Source: an uncultured delta proteobacterium
Lineage (GTDB): Bacteria; Myxococcota; Myxococcia; Myxococcales; Anaeromyxobacteraceae
NCBI GenBank assembly: GCA_963766715.1
Contig: CAVYBH010000017.1
Location: 96,001-160,000, forward strand
Reading direction: 5' to 3'
DNA: 64,000 nucleotides
In this document: piece by piece, positions 31,656 to 42,491 of the stretch
Layout of the letters: the number at the start of each line of letters is the position of its first letter
Position numbering within the stretch: the first letter of the stretch is position 1
The notes under the pieces: model-generated
What the model was told of the DNA's origin: nothing
The model's input: the letters and a program-made list of their open reading frames with translations, nothing else
Database searches by the model: none
Made by a program: the position numbers and the translations under genes

Positions 31656-34169
31656 GTGGACTCCGCCGACGCCAGCCAGAAGGCCCCCCGCGATCCGCGC
31701 CGGAAGCGCCGGCTCGCCGACCGCTGGTTCGATCCCATCCACCTCCCCGAGGGGCTCGAGGAGGAGACGGCCCGGCTGGCCGCGCGCGGCAGCGTGGTCT
31801 TCGTGGCCCGCTCCTCGGGGCTCATCAACTACCTGTACGTGAAGTGGCTGGTGCGCCGGCTCGGGCTCCCGCCGCTTCGCGTCGCCATGAACTTCGTGGG
31901 GCTGTTCGGCTGGCTGGCGGCGGTCTGGCGCAGCCGGCGCGCGCTGGTGGACGCGGCGGCGCGGGGCCAGTCCACCGCGGTCATCTTCCTGAACGGGCAC
32001 GAGGAGAGCCAGCCGCCCTTCGAGGCGCTCGTGGAGCTCCAGCGGGGACAGGAGCGCCCCATCTTCCTCGTCCCGCTCATCCTGGTCTGGAGCCGCCGGG
32101 CCCAGCGGGTGGTCCCGCCCATCTGGGAGCTGGTCTGGGGTTCGCCCGAGTCGCCCACCACCCTTCCCGCGGCGGTGGCGTTCCTGCGGAACTACAAGCG
32201 CGCCTTCCTCCGGGTGGGCCGCCCCATCGACCTCCAGGCCTTCGTCGCGGAGAGGCCGGCGGAGGCGGACGCCCTGGTGGCTCGCAAGGCCAAGGGCACC
32301 ATCCACCACCACCTCGCCCGCGAGCTGCGCGCCGCGGTGGGGCCTCCGCTGCGAACCCCGACCCGCGTCGAGGACAAGGTCCTCCGCGACCGGCACCTCC
32401 GCGAGGTCCTCGAGCACGTCGCCGGGCAGAAGGGGCGCTCGGCGGCCTCGGTCCAGCGGGAGGCGCGCCGCGACCTGCGCGAGATCGCCAGCCGGTACTC
32501 TCCCCTCTTCATCGACATGATCCGGCCGATCTTCCGGTGGATCTTCCAGACCATGTACGACCGGGTCGAGATCGACGAGAAGGGGCTCGCCGAGGTCCGC
32601 CGCCTGGCCGCCGAGAAGCCGCTCGTATTGACTCCAAGTCACAAGAGCCACGTCGACTACATGCTGCTCTCGTGGGCCTTCTACGAGCACGGGCTCATCC
32701 CGCCCCAGGTGGCCGCGGGCATCAACCTGTCCTTCTGGCCCTTCGGCTCGCTGGCCCGGCGCGCCGGCGCCTTCTTCATCCGGCGCAGCTTCAAGGGCGA
32801 CAAGATCTACAGCGCCACCCTGCGCGCCTACGTGAAGTACCTCCTGCGGGAGCGGTTCACGCAGGAGTTCTTTCCGGAGGGCGGCCGGTCCCGGACCGGC
32901 AAGCTGCTCTTCCCCAAGACCGGCCTCTTCTCCATGGAGGTCGACGCCTGGGGCGACGGCGCGGTGGACGACGTCCTCTTCGTGCCCATCGCGGTGGACT
33001 ACGAGCGGCTCGTCGAGGGCGCCTCCTACGTCCAGGAGCTGGCCGGCGGGGAGAAGAAGAAGGAGACCTTCGGGGCCCTCCTCCAGACCCCGCGCGCGCT
33101 GCTGCGCCGCTACGGGCGCATCTATCTGCAGTTCGGGACGCCGGTCTCGCTGAAGGAGCTGGCCGAGAAGCAGCTGGGCACCGGGGCGCCCTCCCTCACC
33201 CTCGACGGGGACGAGCGGAGCGCCGACTCGCGCCGCTCCCTCATCCAGCACCTCGCCAACCGGGTCCAGTGGGGCATCGCCGAGGTCGTGACGGTCACGC
33301 CGGTGAGCCTGGTCGCGGCGGCGCTCCTGTCGCACGTCCGGCGCGGGATCTCGGCCTCCGAGGTGGCCGAGCGCGTGGGGTTGCTCCTTCGCATCGCGAA
33401 GGGCGAGAACGCCCGGATCGCCACCGCGCTGTCGGGCGCCCCGGCGAGCCCGCTCGTCCCGGGCCCCATCCACGACGCCGTGGCCACCTTCGCCGCCAAC
33501 AAGGTGGTGGAGGCCCAGGAGGCGTCGGGGCAGGTCATCTACCACGTGCCCGACGCGAAGCGGACCTACCTCGACTTCCACCGCAACGCGATCCTGAATC
33601 GCTACGTGGGGCTCTCGCTGGTCGCCCAGTCGGTCCGGTCGCACCCCGCGGGCGCTCCCGTCGACGAGGTCCGCGACGACGTGCGCTGGCTCTCCCGGCT
33701 CTTCCGGCTCGAGTTCATGTACCCGGTGGGATCCACCCTCGACGCCGTCTTCCGGGAGAAGCTCGACCAGCTGGTGCAGCTGGGCGCGGTCAGCGAGGCC
33801 GACGGGCTGGTCCGTCCGGGGCCGGAGCGCCCGAGGCTCGACTTCCTCGCCGACCTGACCCGGCCGTACCTGGAGGCCTACCGGGTGGCCGGAGAGGCCG
33901 TCCAGAGCGCAGGGCTCGCCGGGTCGGTGGTCGACAGGAAGGCGCTCGTGAAGCAGGCGCTCGAGCGCGGACACGCCGAATTCCTCTCGGGTCACGTGCT
34001 GATGCGGGAGTCGATCTCCAAGGCCACGCTCGAGAACGCGATGGAGTGGATCGGGAGCCAGGGCGCCTTCGAGACCGGCCCCGACGGGAAGCGAACCGTC
34101 GCGGCCCCCTGGCGCGACGAGGCTTCGACGCACCTCGTCGAGAAAATCGGCCGTTTCCTGGCCACTTGA
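31656..34169 (+). CDS. plsB: Glycerol-3-phosphate 1-O-acyltransferase (PlsB-like)
   Basis: PSHKSHVDY (HX4D), AAGINL, GAFFIRRSF, FFPEGGRSRTGKL. Confidence 0.85.
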   Translation: MDSADASQKAPRDPRRKRRLADRWFDPIHLPEGLEEETARLAARGSVVFVARSSGLINYLYVKWLVRRLGLPPLRVAMNFVGLFGWLAAVWRSRRALVDAAARGQSTAVIFLNGHEESQPPFEALVELQRGQERPIFLVPLILVWSRRAQRVVPPIWELVWGSPESPTTLPAAVAFLRNYKRAFLRVGRPIDLQAFVAERPAEADALVARKAKGTIHHHLARELRAAVGPPLRTPTRVEDKVLRDRHLREVLEHVAGQKGRSAASVQREARRDLREIASRYSPLFIDMIRPIFRWIFQTMYDRVEIDEKGLAEVRRLAAEKPLVLTPSHKSHVDYMLLSWAFYEHGLIPPQVAAGINLSFWPFGSLARRAGAFFIRRSFKGDKIYSATLRAYVKYLLRERFTQEFFPEGGRSRTGKLLFPKTGLFSMEVDAWGDGAVDDVLFVPIAVDYERLVEGASYVQELAGGEKKKETFGALLQTPRALLRRYGRIYLQFGTPVSLKELAEKQLGTGAPSLTLDGDERSADSRRSLIQHLANRVQWGIAEVVTVTPVSLVAAALLSHVRRGISASEVAERVGLLLRIAKGENARIATALSGAPASPLVPGPIHDAVATFAANKVVEAQEASGQVIYHVPDAKRTYLDFHRNAILNRYVGLSLVAQSVRSHPAGAPVDEVRDDVRWLSRLFRLEFMYPVGSTLDAVFREKLDQLVQLGAVSEADGLVRPGPERPRLDFLADLTRPYLEAYRVAGEAVQSAGLAGSVVDRKALVKQALERGHAEFLSGHVLMRESISKATLENAMEWIGSQGAFETGPDGKRTVAAPWRDEASTHLVEKIGRFLAT

Positions 34170-34324
34170 CGGTCGTCATTCGACGCCGTCTCTTCTTTCA
34201 AACCTCGTCACGTTCGGGCTATCCTCCCCGCCCTGCCCTCGTTCTCCGCACCGGGAGCGCGAGCGCGTTGTGCCCCACCATCCACACGGATCACACGGAA
34301 GAACTTCCCGAGGAGAACCACACG

Positions 34325-35857
34325 ATGGGTGATCGGATCCTTCACAAGGGCTTGAAGAGCAAGGTGATGTCCGCCGAGGCGGCTGCGGCGCTCATCCCGA
34401 ACGGCAGCGTCGTCGGCATGTCCGGGTTCACCGGCGCCGGCTACCCCAAGGCCGTTCCCATCGCGCTCTCCAAGCGTGCGCTCGACGAGAAGCTCAAGGG
34501 CAAGCCGCTGAAGCTGGACGTCCTCACCGGCGCCTCCACCGGCCCGGAGCAGGACACCATGATGAGCACGGTGGAGGCCTCCCGCTTCCGCTTCCCGTAC
34601 CAGGGCGACGCCGCCACCCGCGAGAAGATCAACGCGGGGCTCATCGAGTACCAGGACATGCACCTGTCGCACGCCGGCTCGCTGGTCCGGTACGGCTACT
34701 ACGGCAAGGGCAAGAACAACATCGACTTCGCCGTCATCGAGGTCACCAAGATCAACGAGGACGGAACCTGCGTCCCGTCGTCCTCCTGCGGCGCCAACAA
34801 CGTCTACTTCGAGATGGCCGACAAGATCATCCTCGAGGTGAACAGCTGGCAGGACGAGCGGCTCGAGGGGATGCACGACATCATCTCCATCCCGGGCGAG
34901 CACGGGACGCGCGTCCCGCTGCCCATCCTCAAGACCGACGACCGCAAGGGCTCCAAGTTCTGGAAGTTCGACGTCAACAAGGTGGTGGCCGTCGTCGAGT
35001 CGGCCTTCCCGGACCGCAACGCCCCCTTCAAGCCGCCGGAGGAGATCCACAAGCGGATCGCCGGACACATCATCGACTTCCTGTCCGGCGAGGTGAAGGC
35101 GGGCCGTCTCTCGAAGCACCTCAACCCGCTGCAGTCGGGCGTCGGCAACATCGCCAACGCCGTGCTGGTCGGGCTGAACGAGGGCCCCTTCGAGAACATG
35201 ACCAGCTACACCGAGGTGATCCAGGACGGCATGCTCGACATGCTCGACTCCGGGAAGCTCACCGTGGCCTCGGCGACCGCCTTCTCCGTCTCCCCCGAGG
35301 GGCAGATCCGGTTCAACAAGCAGATCGACGACTACCGGAAGAAGATCATCCTGCGCCCGCAGGAGATCTCGAACCACCCGGAGATCATCCGCCGCCTCGG
35401 CTGCATCGCCATGAACGGGTTCGTCGAGGCCGACATCTACGGCCACGTGAACTCCACGCACATCGCCGGCAAGGGCATCGAGAACGGCATCGGCGGTTCG
35501 GGTGACTTCGCCCGCAACTCGGCCTACACGATCTTCATGTCCCCGGCCACGGCCAAGGACGGGAAGATCTCGGCCATCGTGCCCTTCGCGTCGCACATCG
35601 ACCACACCGAGCACGAGGTGAACGGCATCGTCACCGAGTTCGGCTTCGCCGACCTCCGCGGCCGCAGCCCGAAGGAGAAGGCCAAGGAAGTCATCGAGAA
35701 GTGCGCGGCCCCCGAGTACCGCCCAATCCTCTGGGACTACGTGAAGCGCTCGATGAAGAACCCCAGCGCCGGCCTCCACTCGCCGCACATGTTCAGCGAG
35801 GCCTTCGCGTTCCACACCCGGTACCTCCAGACCGGCGACATGCGGCCCAAGAAGTAG
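34325..35857 (+). CDS. Acetyl-CoA hydrolase / succinate:acetate CoA-transferase
   Basis: SGFTGAGYPKAVP, QSGVGNIANAV, YTEVIQD, SNHPEIIRRLG, GIGGSGDFARN, DHTEHEV; AGGAG SD; strongly biased codons suggest high expression. Confidence 0.92.
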   Translation: MGDRILHKGLKSKVMSAEAAAALIPNGSVVGMSGFTGAGYPKAVPIALSKRALDEKLKGKPLKLDVLTGASTGPEQDTMMSTVEASRFRFPYQGDAATREKINAGLIEYQDMHLSHAGSLVRYGYYGKGKNNIDFAVIEVTKINEDGTCVPSSSCGANNVYFEMADKIILEVNSWQDERLEGMHDIISIPGEHGTRVPLPILKTDDRKGSKFWKFDVNKVVAVVESAFPDRNAPFKPPEEIHKRIAGHIIDFLSGEVKAGRLSKHLNPLQSGVGNIANAVLVGLNEGPFENMTSYTEVIQDGMLDMLDSGKLTVASATAFSVSPEGQIRFNKQIDDYRKKIILRPQEISNHPEIIRRLGCIAMNGFVEADIYGHVNSTHIAGKGIENGIGGSGDFARNSAYTIFMSPATAKDGKISAIVPFASHIDHTEHEVNGIVTEFGFADLRGRSPKEKAKEVIEKCAAPEYRPILWDYVKRSMKNPSAGLHSPHMFSEAFAFHTRYLQTGDMRPKK

Positions 35858-35880
35858 CCACTGCCGCACCGAGGCATCCG

Positions 35881-35917
35881 ACGGCCGCTCCGGGAGACCG
35901 GGGCGGCCGTTCTCTTT
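35881..35917 (+). terminator. Rho-independent terminator
   Basis: ACGGCCGCTCCGG-GAGA-CCGGGGCGGCCGT followed by TCTCTTT. Confidence 0.75.
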
Positions 35918-35947
35918 CCGGCGCCGGCCCGATGGTAGAGTCCCGCC

Positions 35948-36745
35948 ATGCCCCTCGATCTCGACCGGGCGCTCGCCACCGCCCGCCGCGCGGTGGAGGC
36001 CGCCGCCGCCGCCAGCCTCCCGCACTTCCGGACCGGGGTGCGGGTCGAGGTGAAGCCGGACCGCACGCCGGTGACCGCCGCCGATCGGGACGCCGAGGCC
36101 GCCGTGGTGGCCGTGATCCGCGAGGCCTTTCCCACCCACGCCATCCTGGGGGAGGAGAGCGGCGCCCATGCGGGAGACGCCGCGACCCGCTGGATCGTCG
36201 ACCCCATCGACGGGACGCGGGGGTTCACCCGTGGCGGATCCTTCTGGGGCCCGCTCGTGGCCCTCGAGCACGAGGGGGAGATCGTGGCCGGGGCCATGGC
36301 CATGCCCGCCGTGTCCGAGACCTACTGGGCGGCTCGTGGGCGCGGGGCCTGGCTGGGGCGCCCGGGGTCGGAGCCGGCGCCCCTTCGCGTCTCCGGGATC
36401 TCCGACTGGGAGGAGTCGTCCCTCTCCTTCGGCGAGTTCCGCGGGGTCTTCGCCCCGGAGCGGGAGCACGCGGTGCTGGGCCTCGCGCGCAGCGCCGCCC
36501 AGGCCCGCTGCTACGGGGACCTGGCCGGCGCGGCCATGGTGCTCACCGGACGGGCCGAGGCCTGGATCGAGGCCGGCGTGAAGGTCTGGGACATCGCTCC
36601 GCTGAAGATCCTGGCGGAGGAGGCGGGCGGCCGGTTCACCGACCTCGCCGGGCGCCCGACGGCCGACTCGGGGAACTGCCTGCTCTCGAACGGCCGGGTG
36701 CACGACCACGTGCTGCGGGCGCTGGCCGCGCCTTCGTCGACCTGA
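35948..36745 (+). CDS. Inositol monophosphatase family, histidinol-phosphatase (HisN-like)
   Basis: KPDRTPVTAAD, ILGEE, WIVDPIDGTRGF, KVWDIAP. Confidence 0.85.
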   Translation: MPLDLDRALATARRAVEAAAAASLPHFRTGVRVEVKPDRTPVTAADRDAEAAVVAVIREAFPTHAILGEESGAHAGDAATRWIVDPIDGTRGFTRGGSFWGPLVALEHEGEIVAGAMAMPAVSETYWAARGRGAWLGRPGSEPAPLRVSGISDWEESSLSFGEFRGVFAPEREHAVLGLARSAAQARCYGDLAGAAMVLTGRAEAWIEAGVKVWDIAPLKILAEEAGGRFTDLAGRPTADSGNCLLSNGRVHDHVLRALAAPSST

Positions 36746-37310
36746 GCGGCTTGCGCACGACCGGCCGGGTCGGGGAACGGCGCGCCACCTCGACGAACCC
36801 CTCCCGCGCGAAGGTCGAGGCGAGGCCGGTGTAGAGCCAGGCATCCGCCGTGGCGCCGCGAGGGTCGACCGGATAGCCCTCCAGGACCGACGCCCCCGAC
36901 CTGCGGGCGTGGGCCGCCGCGGCCGCCAGGAGCGCCTGCGTCAGCCCGGTGTGGCGCGCCCGGCGGGCCACGAAGAAGCAGGTGATCGACCAGACCGGCT
37001 CGTCGTCGATCGGCGCGAGCGTCCTGGACCTCGCCAGCCGCGCGTACGCGCTCCTCGGCTCCACGGCGCACCAGCCCACCGGCCCCTCGGCATCGTAGGC
37101 GAGGAGGCCCGGGACCAGGCCGTCCCGGACCTGGCGCCGCATGGCCTCGCGATTCCCCTCCCCCTTGCCGCGCTCGAACTCCGGGCGCGTCGTCTTCCAC
37201 CAGGCGCACCAGCAACCCGCGCAGGCGCCGCGGGGACCGAAGAGCGTCTCCAGATCGGCAAGCCGCCCGGGGACGAGCGGCCGGAAGGTGATTCGCGGGC
37301 GGGCACCCAC
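36636..37310 (-). CDS. GNAT-family N-acetyltransferase
   Basis: FGPRGACAGCWCAWW, PVGWCAVEPR, WSITCFFV, LEGYPVD; 3' end overlaps the hisN-like gene, so the end is uncertain. Confidence 0.8.
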   Translation of the reverse strand: MGARPRITFRPLVPGRLADLETLFGPRGACAGCWCAWWKTTRPEFERGKGEGNREAMRRQVRDGLVPGLLAYDAEGPVGWCAVEPRSAYARLARSRTLAPIDDEPVWSITCFFVARRARHTGLTQALLAAAAAHARRSGASVLEGYPVDPRGATADAWLYTGLASTFAREGFVEVARRSPTRPVVRKPLRSTKARPAPAARGRAPGRSRAGSSPSRPSGARRGR

Positions 37311-37321
37311 GGCGGCCTCCG

Positions 37322-38807
37322 TCAGGGAGCGGCGCGCCGGAAGAGGTCGACGACGGCGCCCTCGCGCCCGGCCGCGCGCGCCCGGCCAATCGACCACTCC
37401 CGCAGCGCCTTGATCTCCTCCTCGTAGGTCTTGAAGAGCGGCACGAGGTCCTGCGCCACGCGGCGGAGATCGGTGATCTCGACCTCGCGCCCCTGCGAGA
37501 AGGCGCGGTGCAGCGCGCCCACCACCACCTGCTCGAGCTCGGCGCCGGAGAAGTGCTCGCAGGCATCGGCGAGCAGGCCCAGGTCGAACCGCTCCGGCAC
37601 GCGGCCTCGCTTCTGGAGGTGGAGCGCCAGGATGGCCCGGCGGGCGGCGGCATCGGGCAGGTCGACGAAGAAGAGCTCGTCGAAGCGCCCGCGCCGGAGC
37701 AGCTCCGGCGGCAGCCGGGACACGTCGTTGGCGGTGGCCACCGCGAAGACCTCGCCCTCCCGCTCCTGCAGCCAGGTGGAGAAGGAGCCCAGCAACCGGG
37801 CGGCGCGCGAGTCGGCGCCCTGCCCCGGCCCGCTCCCGGCGAAGGCCTTCTCGATCTCGTCGACCCAGACCGCCACCGGCGCCACGGCCTCCGCCGCGGA
37901 CAGGGCCCGGGCCAGGTTCTCCTCGGCCCCCTCGGCGGCGCCCAGGACGCGCGGGAGGTCGAGCCGGAGCAGGGGCACGCCGAGCTGCGCCGCCGCCACC
38001 TTGGCCGCCAGCGACTTCCCGCAGCCCTGCACGCCGACGAGCAGCACGCCGCGCGGCGCCGGGAGCCCGAAGGCCCGGGCGTCCGGTGCGAAGGATTGCG
38101 CCCGCTCCTCCATCCAGGTCTTGAAGGTCTCGAGCCCGCCCAGCGACTCGGGAGCCTCGCGGGTCTCCACCAGCTCGAGACCCAGGTCCCGCGCCAGGAT
38201 CCGCTTCTTCTCCCCGAGCACCAGGTCGGCGGCCGCGAGCCCCAGGGCGGGGTCGGCCCGCAGCGCCCGGAGGAAGGCCCGGCGGGCCTGGCTCTCGGTG
38301 AGGCCGCGCGCCGCGACGAGCACGCGGTGGCGGTCGGCCTGCGAGGCGCCACCCGGCGGGGCGAGCGCGTCGAGCAGCACCGCGAGCTCGGCCGCCGACG
38401 GGCAGCGGCAGCCGGATCACCGCCGCCTCCGCCGCCAGCCCGGGCGGGATGGCCAGGCGGGGCGCCACCACGGCCAGGCAGCGCCCCTCCGCGGTCAGGC
38501 GCGGCAGCGCGTCCCGGATCACCCGGACCACGCCGGGATCCTCGAGGGCCTCGTGGAAGTCGAGCAGCACGGCCAGGAAGGGCGCCGGGGCCTGGAGGAC
38601 GGCCTCGATCGCCGCGATGGGCGTCTTCGCCAGCGGGGCGATGGGGTCGAGCCCCCGCACGCTGGACCAGACCGCGACGTTGGCGTCGAACCCGTCCGCG
38701 GCGGCCCGGCAGACCGCCACCGCCCGCTCCTCCTCGGCGGTCACCAGGTAGACGATCGGCGTGCCGGCCGACCAGAGCTCCGCGATCTCGGCCTGGGGCG
38801 AGGTCAT
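37322..38807 (-). CDS. Ycf46-like AAA+ ATPase; one frameshift near 38402
   Basis: N-terminal inactive module (LVTAEEER, LLDFHEAL), GGLETFKTW, Walker A GVQGCGKS, WVDEIEKAF, ATAN...LPPELLRRGRFDELFFVDLP. Confidence 0.85.
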
Positions 38808-40628
38808 CGCTGTCCTTCCGCATCGGCCGTCGAGCGCATGGCCTCCTCGAAGGAGGTCGCCCCCGAGGCCACCTTGAGGACGGCGTGCTCGCGCAGGGTG
38901 CGCAGGCCGTCCTGGCGGGCCGTCCGGGCCAGCACCTCGGGGGTCGCCCCCTCGGCGATGAGGTGGCGGAGCCGGTGGTTGACCGAGAGGATCTCGAAGA
39001 TCCCGGTGCGCCCGAAGAACCCGGTGAAGCGGCACCGGGGGCAGCCGACGCCCTTGCGGGCGATGAGCTTGCCGGCGTGCTCCTCGGGGTGCCGGACGCC
39101 GAGCTCGGCCACCTGGTCGGCCGTGAGCAGGACGTCCTCCGCGCAGCTCGGGCAGACGCCCGCGCACCAGCCGCTGGGCCACCACGCCGGTCAGCGTCGC
39201 GGCGATGAGGAACCCGGGAACGCCCAGGTCCCGGAGACGCGCCACCGCGCCGACCGAGTCGCTGGTGTGGAGCGTCGTCAGCACCAGGTGCCCGGTGAGG
39301 GCCGCCTGGACGGCCTGGGAGGCCGTCTCCGCATCCCGGATCTCGCCCACCATGACCACGTCGGGATCCTGGCGGAGCACGTGGCGCAGCGCCTCGGCGA
39401 AGCCGGTGCCGGTCTTGGGGTTGGCCGCGATCTGGTTGAACTCCTCGTGAACCATCTCGATGGGGTCCTCGATGGTCACGATGTTGATCTCCGGCGAGGC
39501 CAGCGCCTCCAGCGCGGAGTAGAGCGTGGTGGTCTTGCCCGATCCGGTCGGGCCGGTGACCACCACCATGCCGTGCGGCCGCTCCAGCCAGCGCTCGAGG
39601 CGATCGCGCTCGTCGGGCAGGAATCCCAGCTCGGAGAGGTCGCGCACCAGGATCTGCTGGTCGAGCACCCGGACCACCACCTTGTCGCCGAAGGCGGTGG
39701 GGATGGTGGAGACGCGGAGCTCCATCTCGGTCTCGCCCCGCGCCGTCCGGATGCGCCCGTCCTGCGGGCGCCGGGCGGCGATGTCGAGGCGGGCCATGAT
39801 CTTCAGCCGGTTGACGATGGCCCCGTGCACGCTCTTGGGGACCCGGTAGACCGGGTGGAGGACCCCGTCGATCCGCATGCGGATGATGCTCTCCTCGCGC
39901 CGCGGCTCCACGTGGATGTCGCTGGCCCGCTGCTCGAAGGCGTAGTGGAGCAGGTACTCGACCGCGGCCACGACCGGCTCGCTGGAGGCCTCGAGCGCGT
40001 CGAGCCCGGACAGGTCGACGAACTGCTCGAGGTTCCCCACGTCCACCACCCCGCCCTCGACGCGGGACTGCGCCTCGCGGATCTGCTCGCGGAAGCCGTA
40101 GATCTCGGCGATGGCGCGGTGGATGTCGGCGGGCGCGGAGAGCACCGGCTCGATGGCCATCCCGGTGAGCCCGTGCAGGTTCTCGAAGAGCTCCCGGTCG
40201 AACGGATTGGCCGTCGCGACCACGAGCGCGCCGTTGCGCTTCTCGATCGGGAGCACCGCGTGCTTGCGCGCGAACGGCCGCGAGAGCGTCCGGGTGATGA
40301 GCTGGACGTCGAGCTTGAGCGGGTCGACCTTGACGTACGGGACGCCGGTCGACTCGGCGAGCGCCTTGGTGATCCGGTCCTCGTCGATCCGGTCGGTCTC
40401 GCGCCGGGCGTCGAAGAAGCCGAAGGAGGAGAGCAGCTCGACCGGCGACAGGTCGGCGCGGCGCAGGGCGCGCCCGTCCCGTCCGGCGGACTCGCGGAGC
40501 AGCTTCGCCCGCTGCACGTTCTCGCGCCCGGTGGCGATCTTGCGGTCCTCGGGGCGCAGGATCCCCTGGCGCTGGAGCGCCTCGGTGACGAAATCGAGGT
40601 TGAAATCGCTGGCGCGATGGCTTCGCAT
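38804..40628 (-). CDS. GspE/PilB-family secretion ATPase; one frameshift near 39160
   Basis: ASDIHVEP, RIDGVL, PQDGRI, GPTGSGKTTTLY, TIEDPIE, LRQDPDVVMVGEIRD, TGHLVLTTLH, Cys4 CPSC...CPRC. Confidence 0.9.
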
Positions 40629-40696
40629 GCCGCACGGATCCTATCGCGGCTGGCCCCGGGGAGCGAGGTGGCGTCCTCGAGGCGGTATCGCTCGTT

Positions 40697-40714
40697 TCCG
40701 CGCGACCGCGCGGA
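40697..40714 (-). promoter_or_regulatory. Putative bacterial SECIS hairpin
   Basis: TCCGCGC-GGTC-GCGCGGA starts exactly 11 nt after the UGA at 40726-40728; no U-tract on either strand. Confidence 0.65.
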
Positions 40715-40716
40715 TG

Positions 40717-40935
40717 TCAGATGGCTCAGCCGACCGGCCCACACCCGGGGGAGGCGCTGGCCGGACTGGCCCCGCCCCCCTCGCCGGACGAATGGGCGGC
40801 CGGGCGCGACATCCGCTTCTCGACCCGCTTGCCCTTGCAGGCGGGACAGCGGACGTCGGCCTCGTCGGAGCGGCGCAGCACCAGCTCCTCGAAATCGCGC
40901 TGGCAGGCCTTGCAGCTGTACTCGTAGATGGGCAT
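40717..40935 (-). CDS. FmdB-family zinc-ribbon protein, probably a selenoprotein (...GCGPVG-U-AI*)
   Basis: MPIYEYSCKAC...CPAC FmdB signature; in-frame UGA at 40726-40728, two more codons, second UGA at 40717-40719. If there is no recoding the gene ends at 40726. Confidence 0.8.
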
Positions 40936-40979
40936 CGGCCGTGAGAGCCAGCCCGGCCCGGCAGGATTCGCGCCGGCCC

Positions 40980-41567
40980 CTACTTCGTCTTCTTCCGCCC
41001 CTTCTTGGGGGCCTGGGCCGAGTTTCCGCGGAGCCAATCGACCTCCCGGTCGTACAGCCGGATGGCGCCGCGCAGCACCTCCATCGCCTCGCTCCGCCCC
41101 TGGGGCTCGCGGACCAGCACCTTCTTGTGCTCGAGCGCCTTGTAGTCCTCGAAGAAGCGCTTGAGCTCCCGCATCCGGTGGGCCGGCATCTCGGAGATGT
41201 CGGAGATGTCCGCGTACTCGGGGTCGTCGGCGGAGACGGCGACGAGCTTGTCGTCCTCGCCCTTGTCGTCGCGCATGCGCATCACGCCGATGACCTTGGC
41301 CTGCATGATGGCCAGCGGGACGATGTGCTCCTGGCAGTAGACGAGGATGTCCAGCGGATCCCCGTCGTCGCAGTAGGTGCGGGGGACGAAGCCGTAGTTG
41401 GCGGGATAGTGGACCGCGCTGAAGAGGATCCGGTCGACGCGGAGCAGGCCGCTCGCCTTGTCCAGCTCGTACTTCACCTTCGATCCGGTGGGGATCTCGA
41501 TGATCGCGGGGATCGACTCCTCCGAGTATCGGGGGAGCTTCACGTCGTGCCACGGGTGGAAGGACAT
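40980..41567 (-). CDS. ppa: Inorganic pyrophosphatase (family I)
   Basis: [40 protein letters not shown]. Confidence 0.95.
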   Translation of the reverse strand: MSFHPWHDVKLPRYSEESIPAIIEIPTGSKVKYELDKASGLLRVDRILFSAVHYPANYGFVPRTYCDDGDPLDILVYCQEHIVPLAIMQAKVIGVMRMRDDKGEDDKLVAVSADDPEYADISDISEMPAHRMRELKRFFEDYKALEHKKVLVREPQGRSEAMEVLRGAIRLYDREVDWLRGNSAQAPKKGRKKTK

Positions 41568-41600
41568 TCGGTCTCCGGTTCGCCGGGAATCGGGCGCGGG

Positions 41601-42487
<887 letters not shown>

Positions 42488-42491
<4 letters not shown>

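Noticed and set aside
36636..36745. 110-bp convergent overlap of the GNAT and hisN-like 3' ends as antisense regulation
   Set aside because: The GNAT tail there is low complexity and may reflect a lost stop or an indel; cannot be resolved from this sequence.
40697..40714. Hairpin read as a Rho-independent terminator
   Set aside because: No U-tract in either direction; spacing and loop fit a SECIS better.
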